Assembly: GCF_012027425.1 (NCBI RefSeq)
Contig: NZ_SNUE01000004.1
Coordinates: forward strand, 113,887-137,886
DNA length: 24,000 nt
Direction: 5' to 3'
Origin: Thermococcus sp. MV5
GTDB lineage: Archaea; Methanobacteriota_B; Thermococci; Thermococcales; Thermococcaceae
The notes beneath the pieces were generated by a model. That model saw nothing but the letters and a program-made list of their open reading frames with translations, made no database searches and was not told the DNA's origin. This document shows, piece after piece, positions 1 to 8,627 of this stretch. How positions within the stretch are numbered: position 1 is the first letter of the stretch; each line of letters begins with the position of its first letter. Position numbers and translations under genes: made by a program.

Positions 1-984
1 ATGTGCCACCCCAAACCCGGAGCAAATGATAATGCAAGTGGCGCGGCCATGTTAATAGAGCTAGCCAGAGTTCTCAAAGAGTTTTACAACAACTCCTTCA
101 GGTTTGGATTTGCATTTCTCTGGATCCCAGAGCACTATGGTACCCAAGCTTTTATAGAAAATTGGGCCCATCTTGAAGAGTATTATGCAGTGATAAATCT
201 AGACATGGTTGGTGGTAGTGAGGATAGATCTGGATCAACTATAATGGTAATAAAAACCCCACTTTCACGATTTTCTATAATATCAGGACTACTGGAATAC
301 TTCATTAACTTGGCAAACTTCGGAGGAGAAAGTTTTGGTGGAAGTCCATTACCAAAGATGAAAGTGAAAAGCTATTCCTACGAGATGGGAAGCGATCATG
401 ATGTCTTCAACTTTTTTGGAATTCCAAGCGTGATGCCTATAACATGGCCCGATAAGTTTTACCATTCAAGTGAAGACACCATTGAGAAAATTAGTAAAGA
501 GAGCCTCGAAATTATTGGAAAAGCCGTTCTAGCAACTTCATTAGCACTTTCTAAAGGAGAGACCAAGCAGCTCAAACGCTTTGCAAGAGCATATACAATG
601 AAATACCTGGGAGAGCTGAATATGGAAAAAGATCTTGAAGTTGCTGAGAAACTCGTCATGAATGGATTAAACAGAGACTCGGACTTTTTAGGAATAAATT
701 TAGGTCATGAATTGAAATCAAACCCCTGGTTAAAGTGGCAAAGAAAAGGATTAATCTCCCCACGTTCTATTCGGCAGTTTGACGAAAGAAAAGGAATGGA
801 ATTGGCTAAAATATTCGAAGATAGAAAAATAGGAATCCTCCTCCATGAACTCTTAATGCTTGGAGAAATGCTATCAGAAGAAGAAACTTACAATGCGTTG
901 AAAGAGGAATTTGGAGAAATAGACCGGGAAAAACTTGAGAAGGCCCTTGAGATATTGAAATCACTCGACATTGTCTCTTTTTAG
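1..984 (+). CDS. M28-family zinc peptidase / aminopeptidase-like protein, C-terminal part (5' end lies outside the window)
   Basis: The ORF is open to the window edge. It has an HPKPGANDNASGAA motif (the M28 metal-ligand region) and later GSDHD and HSSEDT motifs. It ends in a helical C-terminal domain of about 90 aa. Confidence 0.75.
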   Translation: MCHPKPGANDNASGAAMLIELARVLKEFYNNSFRFGFAFLWIPEHYGTQAFIENWAHLEEYYAVINLDMVGGSEDRSGSTIMVIKTPLSRFSIISGLLEYFINLANFGGESFGGSPLPKMKVKSYSYEMGSDHDVFNFFGIPSVMPITWPDKFYHSSEDTIEKISKESLEIIGKAVLATSLALSKGETKQLKRFARAYTMKYLGELNMEKDLEVAEKLVMNGLNRDSDFLGINLGHELKSNPWLKWQRKGLISPRSIRQFDERKGMELAKIFEDRKIGILLHELLMLGEMLSEEETYNALKEEFGEIDREKLEKALEILKSLDIVSF

Positions 985-1294
985 TTCCTTTTCAATTTCA
1001 TTTATTTTCTTCACAACGTTCTCCCTAAGCTTTGCCAAGAGTTCCGATGGAGAAACTGCGGAGTAAGCATAACCAAGCCAACCTCTCTCTATAAGCTCTC
1101 TTAAGAACTCCACGCCTATAGAGATTAAGCACATGCTCCCTAACACTTCTTTCACTTATTCCCAGCTCTTCTTTTATTTCTGTAACTCTCATAGAACTGT
1201 TTTTCTCAAGAAGGAGACGGTATATCCTAAGTTCATTCTTTTTAAAACCTAAGCTTCTTAGGAGCCCTTCCAGTTTCTCATAAATATCTCCCAT
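961..1294 (-). pseudogene. Small TrmB-like winged-helix transcriptional regulator, split by a frameshift
   Basis: Frame a reads MGDIYEKLEGLLRSLGFKKNELRIYRLLLEKNSSMRVTEIKEELGISERSVREHVLNLYRRGVLKR, then turns to nonsense. Frame b (ORF 961..1155) continues sensibly as (E)LIERGWLGYAYSAVSPSELLAKLRENVVKKINEIEKEL. The frames switch at the AAGAGAGC (AG)n run, + strand about 1094-1103. The start could instead be 1327. Confidence 0.6.
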
Positions 1295-1333
1295 CTTTAT
1301 CTCACACCTATGAAAATTTATCTTCATAATATT

Positions 1334-1993
1334 TTAAGGTTTCGGCTCTAGTTCAATTACTCCAAGGTACGTGCCATCTGGAAGATAGGCCTCTCCCTCC
1401 AAAGATCTCTTTAAAAAGGGCACCATTTTTATTCCTTCTCTTACATCAAACCCCTCTATGTATGGATTTACTGTAGGAAGAATTAGGAAGTTACCAATTT
1501 TGAAAAAACATTTGGCCTTTTTAGTTCTATTCCCGATCTTTACACTAACTGCAGGATGAATATGACCTAGAATTACCCTCTCAAATTCAACTTTTGGAAG
1601 CGACTGGTGACCATGAAGAAAAAGCATGTTATCCAAAATAAAATAATCCACAACATTTATGTTCTCAAACTTTGCTGTTATTTCTTCTATCTTCCCATCG
1701 TGGTTTCCCTTTGTAATAACAATCCTAAACTCACTAAGCTCAGAAAAGAACTCCATTAACAGCTTTTTAGTGAAAGTTCCTAATCCAATAGGCTCTTTAA
1801 CATCTCCAAGAACAATAAGCAAATCTGGTCTTTTTGACTTTACAAACTCTACAAGGGTCTTTTCAAACCAAGTTCTTACCCGCAAACCTCTAGAAAGCTC
1901 AAATGCTATGTGAGGATCACCTAAAACAAGAACTTTCCCAAAGGAGGTGTTAAGTTCAAGAGAAAGGTTCTCATAAAGAGAAAATGGTTCCAT
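1334..1993 (-). CDS. Calcineurin-like metallophosphoesterase (archaeal SbcD-related/MJ0037-like family)
   Basis: Ordered phosphoesterase motifs are present: GDPH, GDVKE, GNHDG, LHGH and GHIHP. I chose the start at 1993 (MEPFSLY) because aGTGAT-N4-ATG precedes it. The ORF track extends to a GTG at 2002. Confidence 0.8.
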   Translation of the reverse strand: MEPFSLYENLSLELNTSFGKVLVLGDPHIAFELSRGLRVRTWFEKTLVEFVKSKRPDLLIVLGDVKEPIGLGTFTKKLLMEFFSELSEFRIVITKGNHDGKIEEITAKFENINVVDYFILDNMLFLHGHQSLPKVEFERVILGHIHPAVSVKIGNRTKKAKCFFKIGNFLILPTVNPYIEGFDVREGIKMVPFLKRSLEGEAYLPDGTYLGVIELEPKP

Positions 1994-2037
1994 ACGCATC
2001 ACTTAAAAATAGAAGTGGTAAGGCAAAGGAAGAAAGA

Positions 2038-2151
2038 TCAGATCAGTCCTCTCTCCTTCTTTCTCTGCCTCTTGAGTCTCCTAATCCTCTTTTTAATCCA
2101 TTTCCACCTCATTCTTCCTTTCTTTTTCCATTTCCTTGGTCTTCTCTTCAT
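2038..2151 (-). CDS. rpl41e: Ribosomal protein eL41 (37 aa, extremely basic)
   Basis: The peptide is [37 protein letters not shown]. Its core [19 protein letters not shown] matches my recollection of eukaryotic eL41 (MRAKWRKKRMRRLKRKRRK). A perfect GAGGTGAT-N4-ATG precedes this internal Met of the 81-aa ORF 2038..2283. Confidence 0.75.
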
Positions 2152-2537
2152 GATGATCACCTCTATGATCGTTTCAGAGTATCCTCGCTTTGCTTGGTTT
2201 TTAAGCTTTTCCATCAAAAGATACCAGAGCATAGCAAAAATAAAAAAGACAAAATAAAGGAGATAAATAACGATTTTGACCAATCAGAACTTTTCCCTTA
2301 TTCTGGATATACCACAGCTACGAAAAGAGTTAATAATCGATAAACAGAAACAAAAACTTTCCTTAATCCCTTTGTGATACTCACAATATTGATCTATACG
2401 TGTAAAGAGTTGTCAAGTACGTTAAGACCGTTAAAAGATCTTAAAATTTTGTTTTTTCAACTATTCCCCCCAGCCTCTCCCTGGACTCCCGATAAATTAT
2501 TAACTGTTTATAAACCTAATAATTGTGAGGGGAGAAA

Positions 2538-3332
2538 ATGAAAGTAGGCTTCATTCAGATGAAACCAAAACTTTTAGACTTAGATGCCAACTTAAGCAAA
2601 GCAGAGAAACTGCTTAAAGAAGCTGCAAAACAGGATGTTAAGCTTATTGTACTACCAGAACTCTTTGACACGGGATATAATTTTGAGACAAAAGATGAGG
2701 TTATGGAAATAGCTCAGCAAATCCCGGATGGTGAAACAACCCAATTTTTAGTCGAACGGGCAAAAGAACATGAAATATTCATCGTAGCTGGCACTGCAGA
2801 GAAAGATGAAAAGGGAAAACTTTACAATTCTGCCGTTATTGTAGGGCCCATTGGGGGAGGCTACATTGGAAAATACAGAAAAATTCACCTTTTTTACAGA
2901 GAAAAACTCTTTTTTGAACCAGGAAATCTTGGATTTCACGTATTTAATATTGGAATTGCTAAAATTGGAGTAATGATTTGCTTTGACTGGATTTTCCCTG
3001 AGGCCATGAGAACCCTAGCACTAAAGGGAGCTGACATTGTAGCACATCCAGCTAACCTTGTTCTCCCTTATGCTCCAAGGGCTATGCCAATAAGGAGTCT
3101 CGAGAACAGGGTATTCAGCATAACCGCAAACAGAATTGGAGAAGAGAGAGGATTGAGATTCATAGGAATGAGTCAGATAAACTCACCAAAAGCTGAAATT
3201 TTACTTAGGGCGAGTGAGGATAAGGAGGAAGTTGGTGTCGTCAAAATAAATGTTGAAGATGCCAGGAATAAAAAATTAAATGAATTTAACGACCTATTTA
3301 AAGATAGAAGGCCCGAATATTATATCCCCTGA
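2538..3332 (+). CDS. Carbon-nitrogen hydrolase (nitrilase superfamily)
   Basis: The Glu-Lys-Cys triad context is present: LPELFDTGY, YRKIHLF and VMICFDWIFPE. The length of 264 aa is typical of Pyrococcus nitrilase-like enzymes. GAGGGGA lies upstream, and a TTTATAAA box lies at about 2507-2514. Confidence 0.85.
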   Translation: MKVGFIQMKPKLLDLDANLSKAEKLLKEAAKQDVKLIVLPELFDTGYNFETKDEVMEIAQQIPDGETTQFLVERAKEHEIFIVAGTAEKDEKGKLYNSAVIVGPIGGGYIGKYRKIHLFYREKLFFEPGNLGFHVFNIGIAKIGVMICFDWIFPEAMRTLALKGADIVAHPANLVLPYAPRAMPIRSLENRVFSITANRIGEERGLRFIGMSQINSPKAEILLRASEDKEEVGVVKINVEDARNKKLNEFNDLFKDRRPEYYIP

Positions 3333-3349
3333 GTCCGAAGGGGTGCGGA

Positions 3350-5077
3350 ATGGGTGGACTCTTCAAAAATGATTATATAACAAAAGAACAGCCTTTATCC
3401 ACTCAAGAAATTATTCAAAAAGGAATAGACAAAGAGACTTTAGATAAACTACTAGAACGAATTAAAGAAGGAGACCTCCCAACAAAAATCAGAACACTTC
3501 AGATATTGAATGAAAAAGTTAAACTTACGGATATAGAACAACGAAAAGAATTTTTAGAAAAAGGCTTGGAGATACTGCTAGAAAATCTCTTTGATGAAAA
3601 TCAGAGAATCCAAGAACTAACCCTGAAAGTGCTGGAATCACTAATAAAGGGAATATCACTATCAGTTAACGCTTCCCTAAAAATTTTTGAAACAATTAGC
3701 ATTCCACGCATACTAGAGGATGATTTTGTATTCCTACAGCTTGTAAATACATTCAAGGCTTTGAAGTTCATAAATCCTCATCCCTCTATTTTAAAGTGCC
3801 TTACTGAAATGACACTCTCAAGAGATGATAGAGTACGAGCCCTGGGAACATGGGGCCTCTGGAGGTTTTTGAATTCTACTAGAGATATCAGATCAACAGA
3901 AATTCTGGAAGGGATTTTATCAAAGATCCCCAGTCTGTTAGAGAGTGACGATGAAACTGTAGTGGAAGTTACACTTGAACTTATCAAGGAGATTGCAACA
4001 AGATACCAAGATTCAGGTGAAATTATTAGGAGATCATTTGCATGGATGAAAGCTATGCAAGAAGTTAGAAAATCCGGCAGCTGGCTTATAAAAAGTGAAC
4101 TTGAAAAAACCATTAAATACCTCACTGAGCTTGTTCGTAATTACTATCGGATGAATATAAATGAGACATTTAAAGTGTTAGAAGAGTTGATTCATGAAGA
4201 AAGATACGAGGATGCAATAACTCTAGCAGGGATAATAGACAATGAAGATATTCTCAAATGGGTCTCTCATAAGATAAAAGAAATAAAAAGAGAGAAAAAA
4301 GCCGAGATCGAGACTCTTCCTAGGGTTGTGGGAGGACCTAAATATTTTAGCATTCCTCCAGATTTAAAGGATAAAACAATTTATATACCTAGTTTAAGCT
4401 CTCTAGCACTCAGAAAAAAGACAGTTAAAAATGATGAGAATGCAAATACCCAATTTGAATTGAGCAAAATGAAAAAAGAGCTTACAAACCTCATGACAAA
4501 ACTAAGGAGCAGTGATCATGCAGAAATTATAGATGGTCTCTGGGAGCTCTATGAACTTTCCAATGAGATAAGCTCCCAAAACGTGGAGGAGTTTAAACTT
4601 TTTGTTCCCGAACTTCTTAGAATTTTATCCTCCACTGATAATGAATGGGTGGTAGATAAAACTGCGAAAATTCTTGCAAAGATATTAAGTATCCTTCCAA
4701 ATTCGCAAGAATATATAAACAATATCGCCAAATTCTTGTTTTTAGAAGACAAACACAGAATGAGGGCCCTAATTTTCTTTAAATATTATCTAAAAAACAG
4801 GTGGGACGAGAGTGCATGGGAGCTGATATTAAAATATTTGCCCAGATTACTTACAAAAAAGAAAACTGCAATATGGACACTAGGAATCATGGAAATCATT
4901 ATCGATACTATTCCACCCGAAGAAACGGAAAGGTTATGGGAATTGATGACGATTCTGGAGGATCTGCACTCCAAAGTACCGGAAATCGTGGAAAGAAGAA
5001 CAAAAATTCTGATTGAAGAAATAAACAAAAAATTAAAAGACCAAAGAAACATAAGAATTAATGTAAAATCGGAATGA
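3350..5077 (+). CDS. HEAT/armadillo-like repeat protein, function unknown
   Basis: A 575-aa uninterrupted ORF preceded by GGGGTG-N4-ATG. It is all-helical with repeated D-x-x-x-(V/I)-(R/V) HEAT-type units: DENQRIQELTLKVL, SRDDRVRALGTWGL, SDDETVVEVTLELI, SSDHAEIIDGLWEL, STDNEWVVDKTAKIL and EDKHRMRALIFF. Confidence 0.8.
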   Translation: MGGLFKNDYITKEQPLSTQEIIQKGIDKETLDKLLERIKEGDLPTKIRTLQILNEKVKLTDIEQRKEFLEKGLEILLENLFDENQRIQELTLKVLESLIKGISLSVNASLKIFETISIPRILEDDFVFLQLVNTFKALKFINPHPSILKCLTEMTLSRDDRVRALGTWGLWRFLNSTRDIRSTEILEGILSKIPSLLESDDETVVEVTLELIKEIATRYQDSGEIIRRSFAWMKAMQEVRKSGSWLIKSELEKTIKYLTELVRNYYRMNINETFKVLEELIHEERYEDAITLAGIIDNEDILKWVSHKIKEIKREKKAEIETLPRVVGGPKYFSIPPDLKDKTIYIPSLSSLALRKKTVKNDENANTQFELSKMKKELTNLMTKLRSSDHAEIIDGLWELYELSNEISSQNVEEFKLFVPELLRILSSTDNEWVVDKTAKILAKILSILPNSQEYINNIAKFLFLEDKHRMRALIFFKYYLKNRWDESAWELILKYLPRLLTKKKTAIWTLGIMEIIIDTIPPEETERLWELMTILEDLHSKVPEIVERRTKILIEEINKKLKDQRNIRINVKSE

Positions 5078-5124
5078 TGAGTCTGGAGCCCCCTGAGTGA
5101 TGAGGAAGTTTCGCGGGGCTGACC
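5071..5124 (+). ncRNA. Candidate archaeal C/D-box sRNA (2'-O-methylation guide)
   Basis: The layout is GG-AUGAUGA (C, 5074-5080), a 12-nt guide, CUGA (D', 5093-5096), 3 nt, AUGAGGA (degenerate C', 5100-5106; alternatively GUGAUGA at 5097-5103), a 12-nt guide, then CUGA (D, 5119-5122)-CC. A terminal GG/CC closing pair is present. The element fills the 50-nt gap between two CDSs. Confidence 0.55.
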
Positions 5125-5127
5125 GTA

Positions 5128-5406
5128 ATGATAAAAAGAATCCTCTGTAAGGACCTCTATCAGGAAATAGAGAGACTTGAACGTTCTATTATTGAGCTTG
5201 AAGAAGAAATAATTGAGTTAAAGACTCAACTTAACATGAAAACAGAAGAAGCTACTAGTCTTTACATTGAGAACCAGAGCCTAAGGCACAAAATAGAAAG
5301 ACTAGAAAAAACACACAACCAGCTCATTGAAATGCTCAAGAAGATGAAAATACCCTTTGTAGTAATTGATGAGGACGAATTCAAGGATATAGAAGTTAAC
5401 AAATAG
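5128..5406 (+). CDS. Small coiled-coil protein, function unknown
   Basis: A 92-aa ORF with strong heptad character (LERSIIELEEEIIELKTQL and LRHKIERLEKTHNQLIEML). It is co-directional with its neighbours. The SD is weak. Confidence 0.5.
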   Translation: MIKRILCKDLYQEIERLERSIIELEEEIIELKTQLNMKTEEATSLYIENQSLRHKIERLEKTHNQLIEMLKKMKIPFVVIDEDEFKDIEVNK

Positions 5407-5507
5407 AGTATTTTTATCTCTACTCCAAAGTTATGAAGCATCATTCAGACAAAGGCTTTTTAACATAAAGCACAACTCTTAGGTTAGAATTAGAAATGGT
5501 GATAATC

Positions 5508-8234
5508 ATGGACATGAGTACTAGGATGTTCAAAGAGGAAGGATGGATAAGAAAAACGTGTAAAGTGTGTGGGAAGCCATTCTGGACCCTAGATCCAGAT
5601 AGAGAGACATGCGGAGATCCACCTTGTGATGAGTATGAGTTCATCGGAAACCCAGGAATTCCAAAGAAATATACTCTAGATGAGATGAGAGAGGCATTTC
5701 TAGGCTTTTTTGAGAGAAACGGACATGGAAGAGTAAAACGTTATCCAGTACTCCCTAGATGGAGAGATGATGTTCTTCTAGTTGGTGCAAGCATTATGGA
5801 CTTCCAACCATGGGTTATAAGTGGAGAAGCCGAGCCCCCAGCAAACCCCTTAACTATTTCGCAACCCTCAATTAGATTTACTGACATTGACAACGTGGGT
5901 ATCACTGGAAGACACTTTACAATCTTCGAAATGATGGCACATCACACTTTCAACTATCCTGGAAAACCGATATACTGGATGGATGAGACTGTTGAGTACG
6001 CTTATGAGTTCTTTACTAAAGATCTAGGTATGAAAGGAGAGGATATAACTTTCAAAGAAAACCCATGGGCCGGAGGTGGAAATGCTGGACCTGCTTTTGA
6101 AGTGCTTTACCGTGGCCTAGAAGTGGCAACCCTTGTTTTCATGCAATATAAATTAGCCCCACCTGATGCAGATCCATCTCAAATAGTGGAGATAAAAGGA
6201 GACAAATACATCCCCATGGATACGAGAGTAGTTGACACTGGTTACGGTCTGGAGAGACTCGTATGGATGAGCCAAGGGACACCAACAGCCTATGATGCCG
6301 TCCTTAAATATGTTGTTGAGCCGCTCAAGAGACTGGCAGGAGTGGAGAAGATAGATGATAGAATCCTAATGGAGAACTCCCGCCTTGCTGGAATGTTTGA
6401 CATAGAAGATATGGGCGACCTGAGAGTATTGAGAGAGACTGTTGCTAAAAAGGTTGAAATTGCTCCAGACGAACTTACAAGACTCGTTAGACCATACGAG
6501 CTTATCTATGCAATAGCAGATCATACAAAAGCTCTCACCTTCATGCTGGCCGATGGAGTTGTTCCATCAAATGTAAAAGCCGGTTATCTGGCAAGACTTC
6601 TCATAAGAAAGAGTATAAGACATCTCAGAGAGCTTGGTTTAGAAATCCCCCTCAGTGAAATAATGGCACTGCACATAAAAGAACTCCACAAGACATTCCC
6701 AGAATTCAAAGAGATGGAAGATGTCATCTTAGACATGGTAAATGTTGAAGAAAAGAAATATGCCGAAACTTTAGAAAGAGGTAGTGGACTTGTCAAGAGA
6801 GAAATAGACAAACTCAAAAAACAGGGCATTGGAGAACTTCCACTTGATAAACTCATGCTCTTCTATGAAAGCCATGGATTAACTCCCGAGATTGTAAAAG
6901 AAATAGCCGAAAAAGAGGGTATGAGGGTCCATGTTCCAGATAACTTCTACAGCCTAATTGCAAAAGAGGCCGAGAAGACTGCCAAAAAAGAAGAGGGAGA
7001 ACAAAAGATAATAGATTTTGAACTTGTTCAGAATTTACCAGATACAAGGACGCTCTATTACGAAGACCCATTTATGAGAGAATTTGATGCAAAAGTCCTC
7101 AGAGTTATTGAAAATTGGGTTGTCCTAGATGCCACAGCGTTCTATCCCGAAGGTGGTGGACAACCGTGTGATTTGGGAGAGTTGAATGGCATTGAAGTCA
7201 TAGACGTTCAAAAGATAGGAAAAGTAATACTGCATAAGGTCAAGAACCCAGAGAAATTCAAGGAAGGCGAAGTTGTGCATGGGAAGATTGCCTGGCAAAG
7301 GAGAATACAACATATGAGACACCACACTGGAACCCACGTTCTTATGGGGGCCCTTGTTAGAGTTCTTGGAAAGCATGTATGGCAGGCCGGTTCCCAGTTA
7401 ACCACTGATTGGGCAAGATTAGACATAGCTCACTACAAGCGCATCAGTGAGGAGGAACTTAAGAAAATAGAACTTCTAGCAAACAAGATTGTTATGGAAG
7501 ATAGAGAGGTAAAATGGGAGTGGCTTCCAAGAACAGAAGCAGAACAAAGATATGGTTTCAGACTCTACCAGGGCGGTGTGGTACCCGGAAGAACAATTAG
7601 AGTACTTAATATCAAAGACTGGGATGTTCAAGCATGTGGTGGTACCCACTTATCAAGGACAGGGTTAATTGGACCGATAAAAATCTTAAGAACAGAAAGA
7701 ATCCAAGATGGTGTTGAGAGAATAATATTCGCATGTGGTGAAGCCGCTATTAAGAAATGGCAAGAAGAAGGAGAGATTTTACGCAAAACAAGCGAAGTCT
7801 TTAGAGTACCACCGGAAAAATTACCCGAAACTGCCGAAAGGTTCTTTGAAGAGTGGAAACAAGCAAGAAAAGAAGTGGAGAAACTAAACAAAGAGCTTGC
7901 AAAGCTTTTAGTCTATGAACTCGAGAGTAAAGTGGAAAGAATTGGAGAAGTAGAGTTCATTGGAGAGATAGTAGAAGGAGAAATAAATCACTTAAGGGAA
8001 GCAGCACTCAAACTCAAGAAAGCGAACCGTATTGTAGCGTTAATAAGCGAGGATACAAACGCAGTCGTGATCAGCGTTGGAGACGATCTACCACACAAAG
8101 CCGGTGATTTAATAAGGACAATAACAAAAGTCGCTGGTGGAGGCGGTGGAGGCAAGAAGGATCTTGCCCAAGGAAAGATAAAGAACATTTTAAAGGCTAA
8201 AGAAGCCATAGAAGAGCTTAAAAAAGCTCTTTAA
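5508..8234 (+). CDS. alaS: Alanine--tRNA ligase
   Basis: An archaeal AlaRS with an N-terminal Zn-ribbon-like [23 protein letters not shown], the editing-domain HxxxH motif ([11 protein letters not shown]) with CGGTH, and a C-terminal [15 protein letters not shown] chose the start at 5508 because of GGTGAT-N4-ATG. The ORF track starts at 5496. Confidence 0.95.
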   Translation: MDMSTRMFKEEGWIRKTCKVCGKPFWTLDPDRETCGDPPCDEYEFIGNPGIPKKYTLDEMREAFLGFFERNGHGRVKRYPVLPRWRDDVLLVGASIMDFQPWVISGEAEPPANPLTISQPSIRFTDIDNVGITGRHFTIFEMMAHHTFNYPGKPIYWMDETVEYAYEFFTKDLGMKGEDITFKENPWAGGGNAGPAFEVLYRGLEVATLVFMQYKLAPPDADPSQIVEIKGDKYIPMDTRVVDTGYGLERLVWMSQGTPTAYDAVLKYVVEPLKRLAGVEKIDDRILMENSRLAGMFDIEDMGDLRVLRETVAKKVEIAPDELTRLVRPYELIYAIADHTKALTFMLADGVVPSNVKAGYLARLLIRKSIRHLRELGLEIPLSEIMALHIKELHKTFPEFKEMEDVILDMVNVEEKKYAETLERGSGLVKREIDKLKKQGIGELPLDKLMLFYESHGLTPEIVKEIAEKEGMRVHVPDNFYSLIAKEAEKTAKKEEGEQKIIDFELVQNLPDTRTLYYEDPFMREFDAKVLRVIENWVVLDATAFYPEGGGQPCDLGELNGIEVIDVQKIGKVILHKVKNPEKFKEGEVVHGKIAWQRRIQHMRHHTGTHVLMGALVRVLGKHVWQAGSQLTTDWARLDIAHYKRISEEELKKIELLANKIVMEDREVKWEWLPRTEAEQRYGFRLYQGGVVPGRTIRVLNIKDWDVQACGGTHLSRTGLIGPIKILRTERIQDGVERIIFACGEAAIKKWQEEGEILRKTSEVFRVPPEKLPETAERFFEEWKQARKEVEKLNKELAKLLVYELESKVERIGEVEFIGEIVEGEINHLREAALKLKKANRIVALISEDTNAVVISVGDDLPHKAGDLIRTITKVAGGGGGGKKDLAQGKIKNILKAKEAIEELKKAL

Positions 8235-8246
8235 TTTTCCAACTTT

Positions 8247-8627
8247 TTGGAGGGTTTTAAAATTAAGATAAAAGCTCTCACCAATGAGATAATTGAAATC
8301 TCAGAAATGATGGGATTTAAGGCCGTAAAGGAGCTCTCTACTAGAGATGGTGCCCGAATAGATTTAGCTATTCTGAAAGAAAACGAAAAAATCCTAGCAA
8401 TTGAATTCGAAAATTCCTATAAATGGATAAAGCAGAGAGTTCTTTACAACACAATAAAAGCCCATAGAGATGGATTCAACAGGCTTTGGATCGTATATCC
8501 CTTCAACAATAAACCCCTAAAAAATAGCTGGGTTGGAAGCTTTATAGAGGAACTTGGAGTAGAAATCGAAGTTATTCATCCTAAAGAGATTGGAAAAAAA
8601 CTAAAAGAATTTTTAAAATCACTATAA
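8247..8627 (+). CDS. Hypothetical protein, possibly restriction-endonuclease-like (PD-(D/E)xK-type) fold
   Basis: A 126-aa ORF. The pattern NEIIEISEMMGF...RIDLAIL...ILAIEFENSYK resembles the E...D...ExK core of Hjc-like nucleases, but the canonical K is displaced. The start is uncertain: the TTG at 8247 overlaps a GGAGG box, and the first ATG is at 8307. Confidence 0.55.
   Translation: MEGFKIKIKALTNEIIEISEMMGFKAVKELSTRDGARIDLAILKENEKILAIEFENSYKWIKQRVLYNTIKAHRDGFNRLWIVYPFNNKPLKNSWVGSFIEELGVEIEVIHPKEIGKKLKEFLKSL

Noticed and set aside
1984-2343. ORFs 1984..2343 (+, 119 aa) and 2015..2257 (+, 80 aa), plus the N-terminal 44 codons of ORF 2038..2283 (-)
   Set aside because: These are low-complexity Ser/Leu/Pro/Phe-rich translations that mirror the Lys/Arg codon run of the eL41 gene on the opposite strand. 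They have no SD. The minus-strand extension starts at a TTG without an SD, whereas the internal Met has a perfect SD.
2465-2490. C-rich tract CCCCCCAGCCTCTCCCTGGACTCCC in the long spacer upstream of the nitrilase gene, considered as a GC-rich ncRNA island
   Set aside because: Only a 4-bp CCAG/CTGG stem can be drawn and I saw no second copy. It is too short to call without comparative data.
6584-8209. Several 70-90 aa minus-strand ORFs inside alaS, and similar antisense ORFs inside the HEAT-repeat, Elp3, peptidase and NROR genes
   Set aside because: They lie wholly inside long, well-supported CDSs on the other strand and show Ser/Leu-rich shadow-frame composition.
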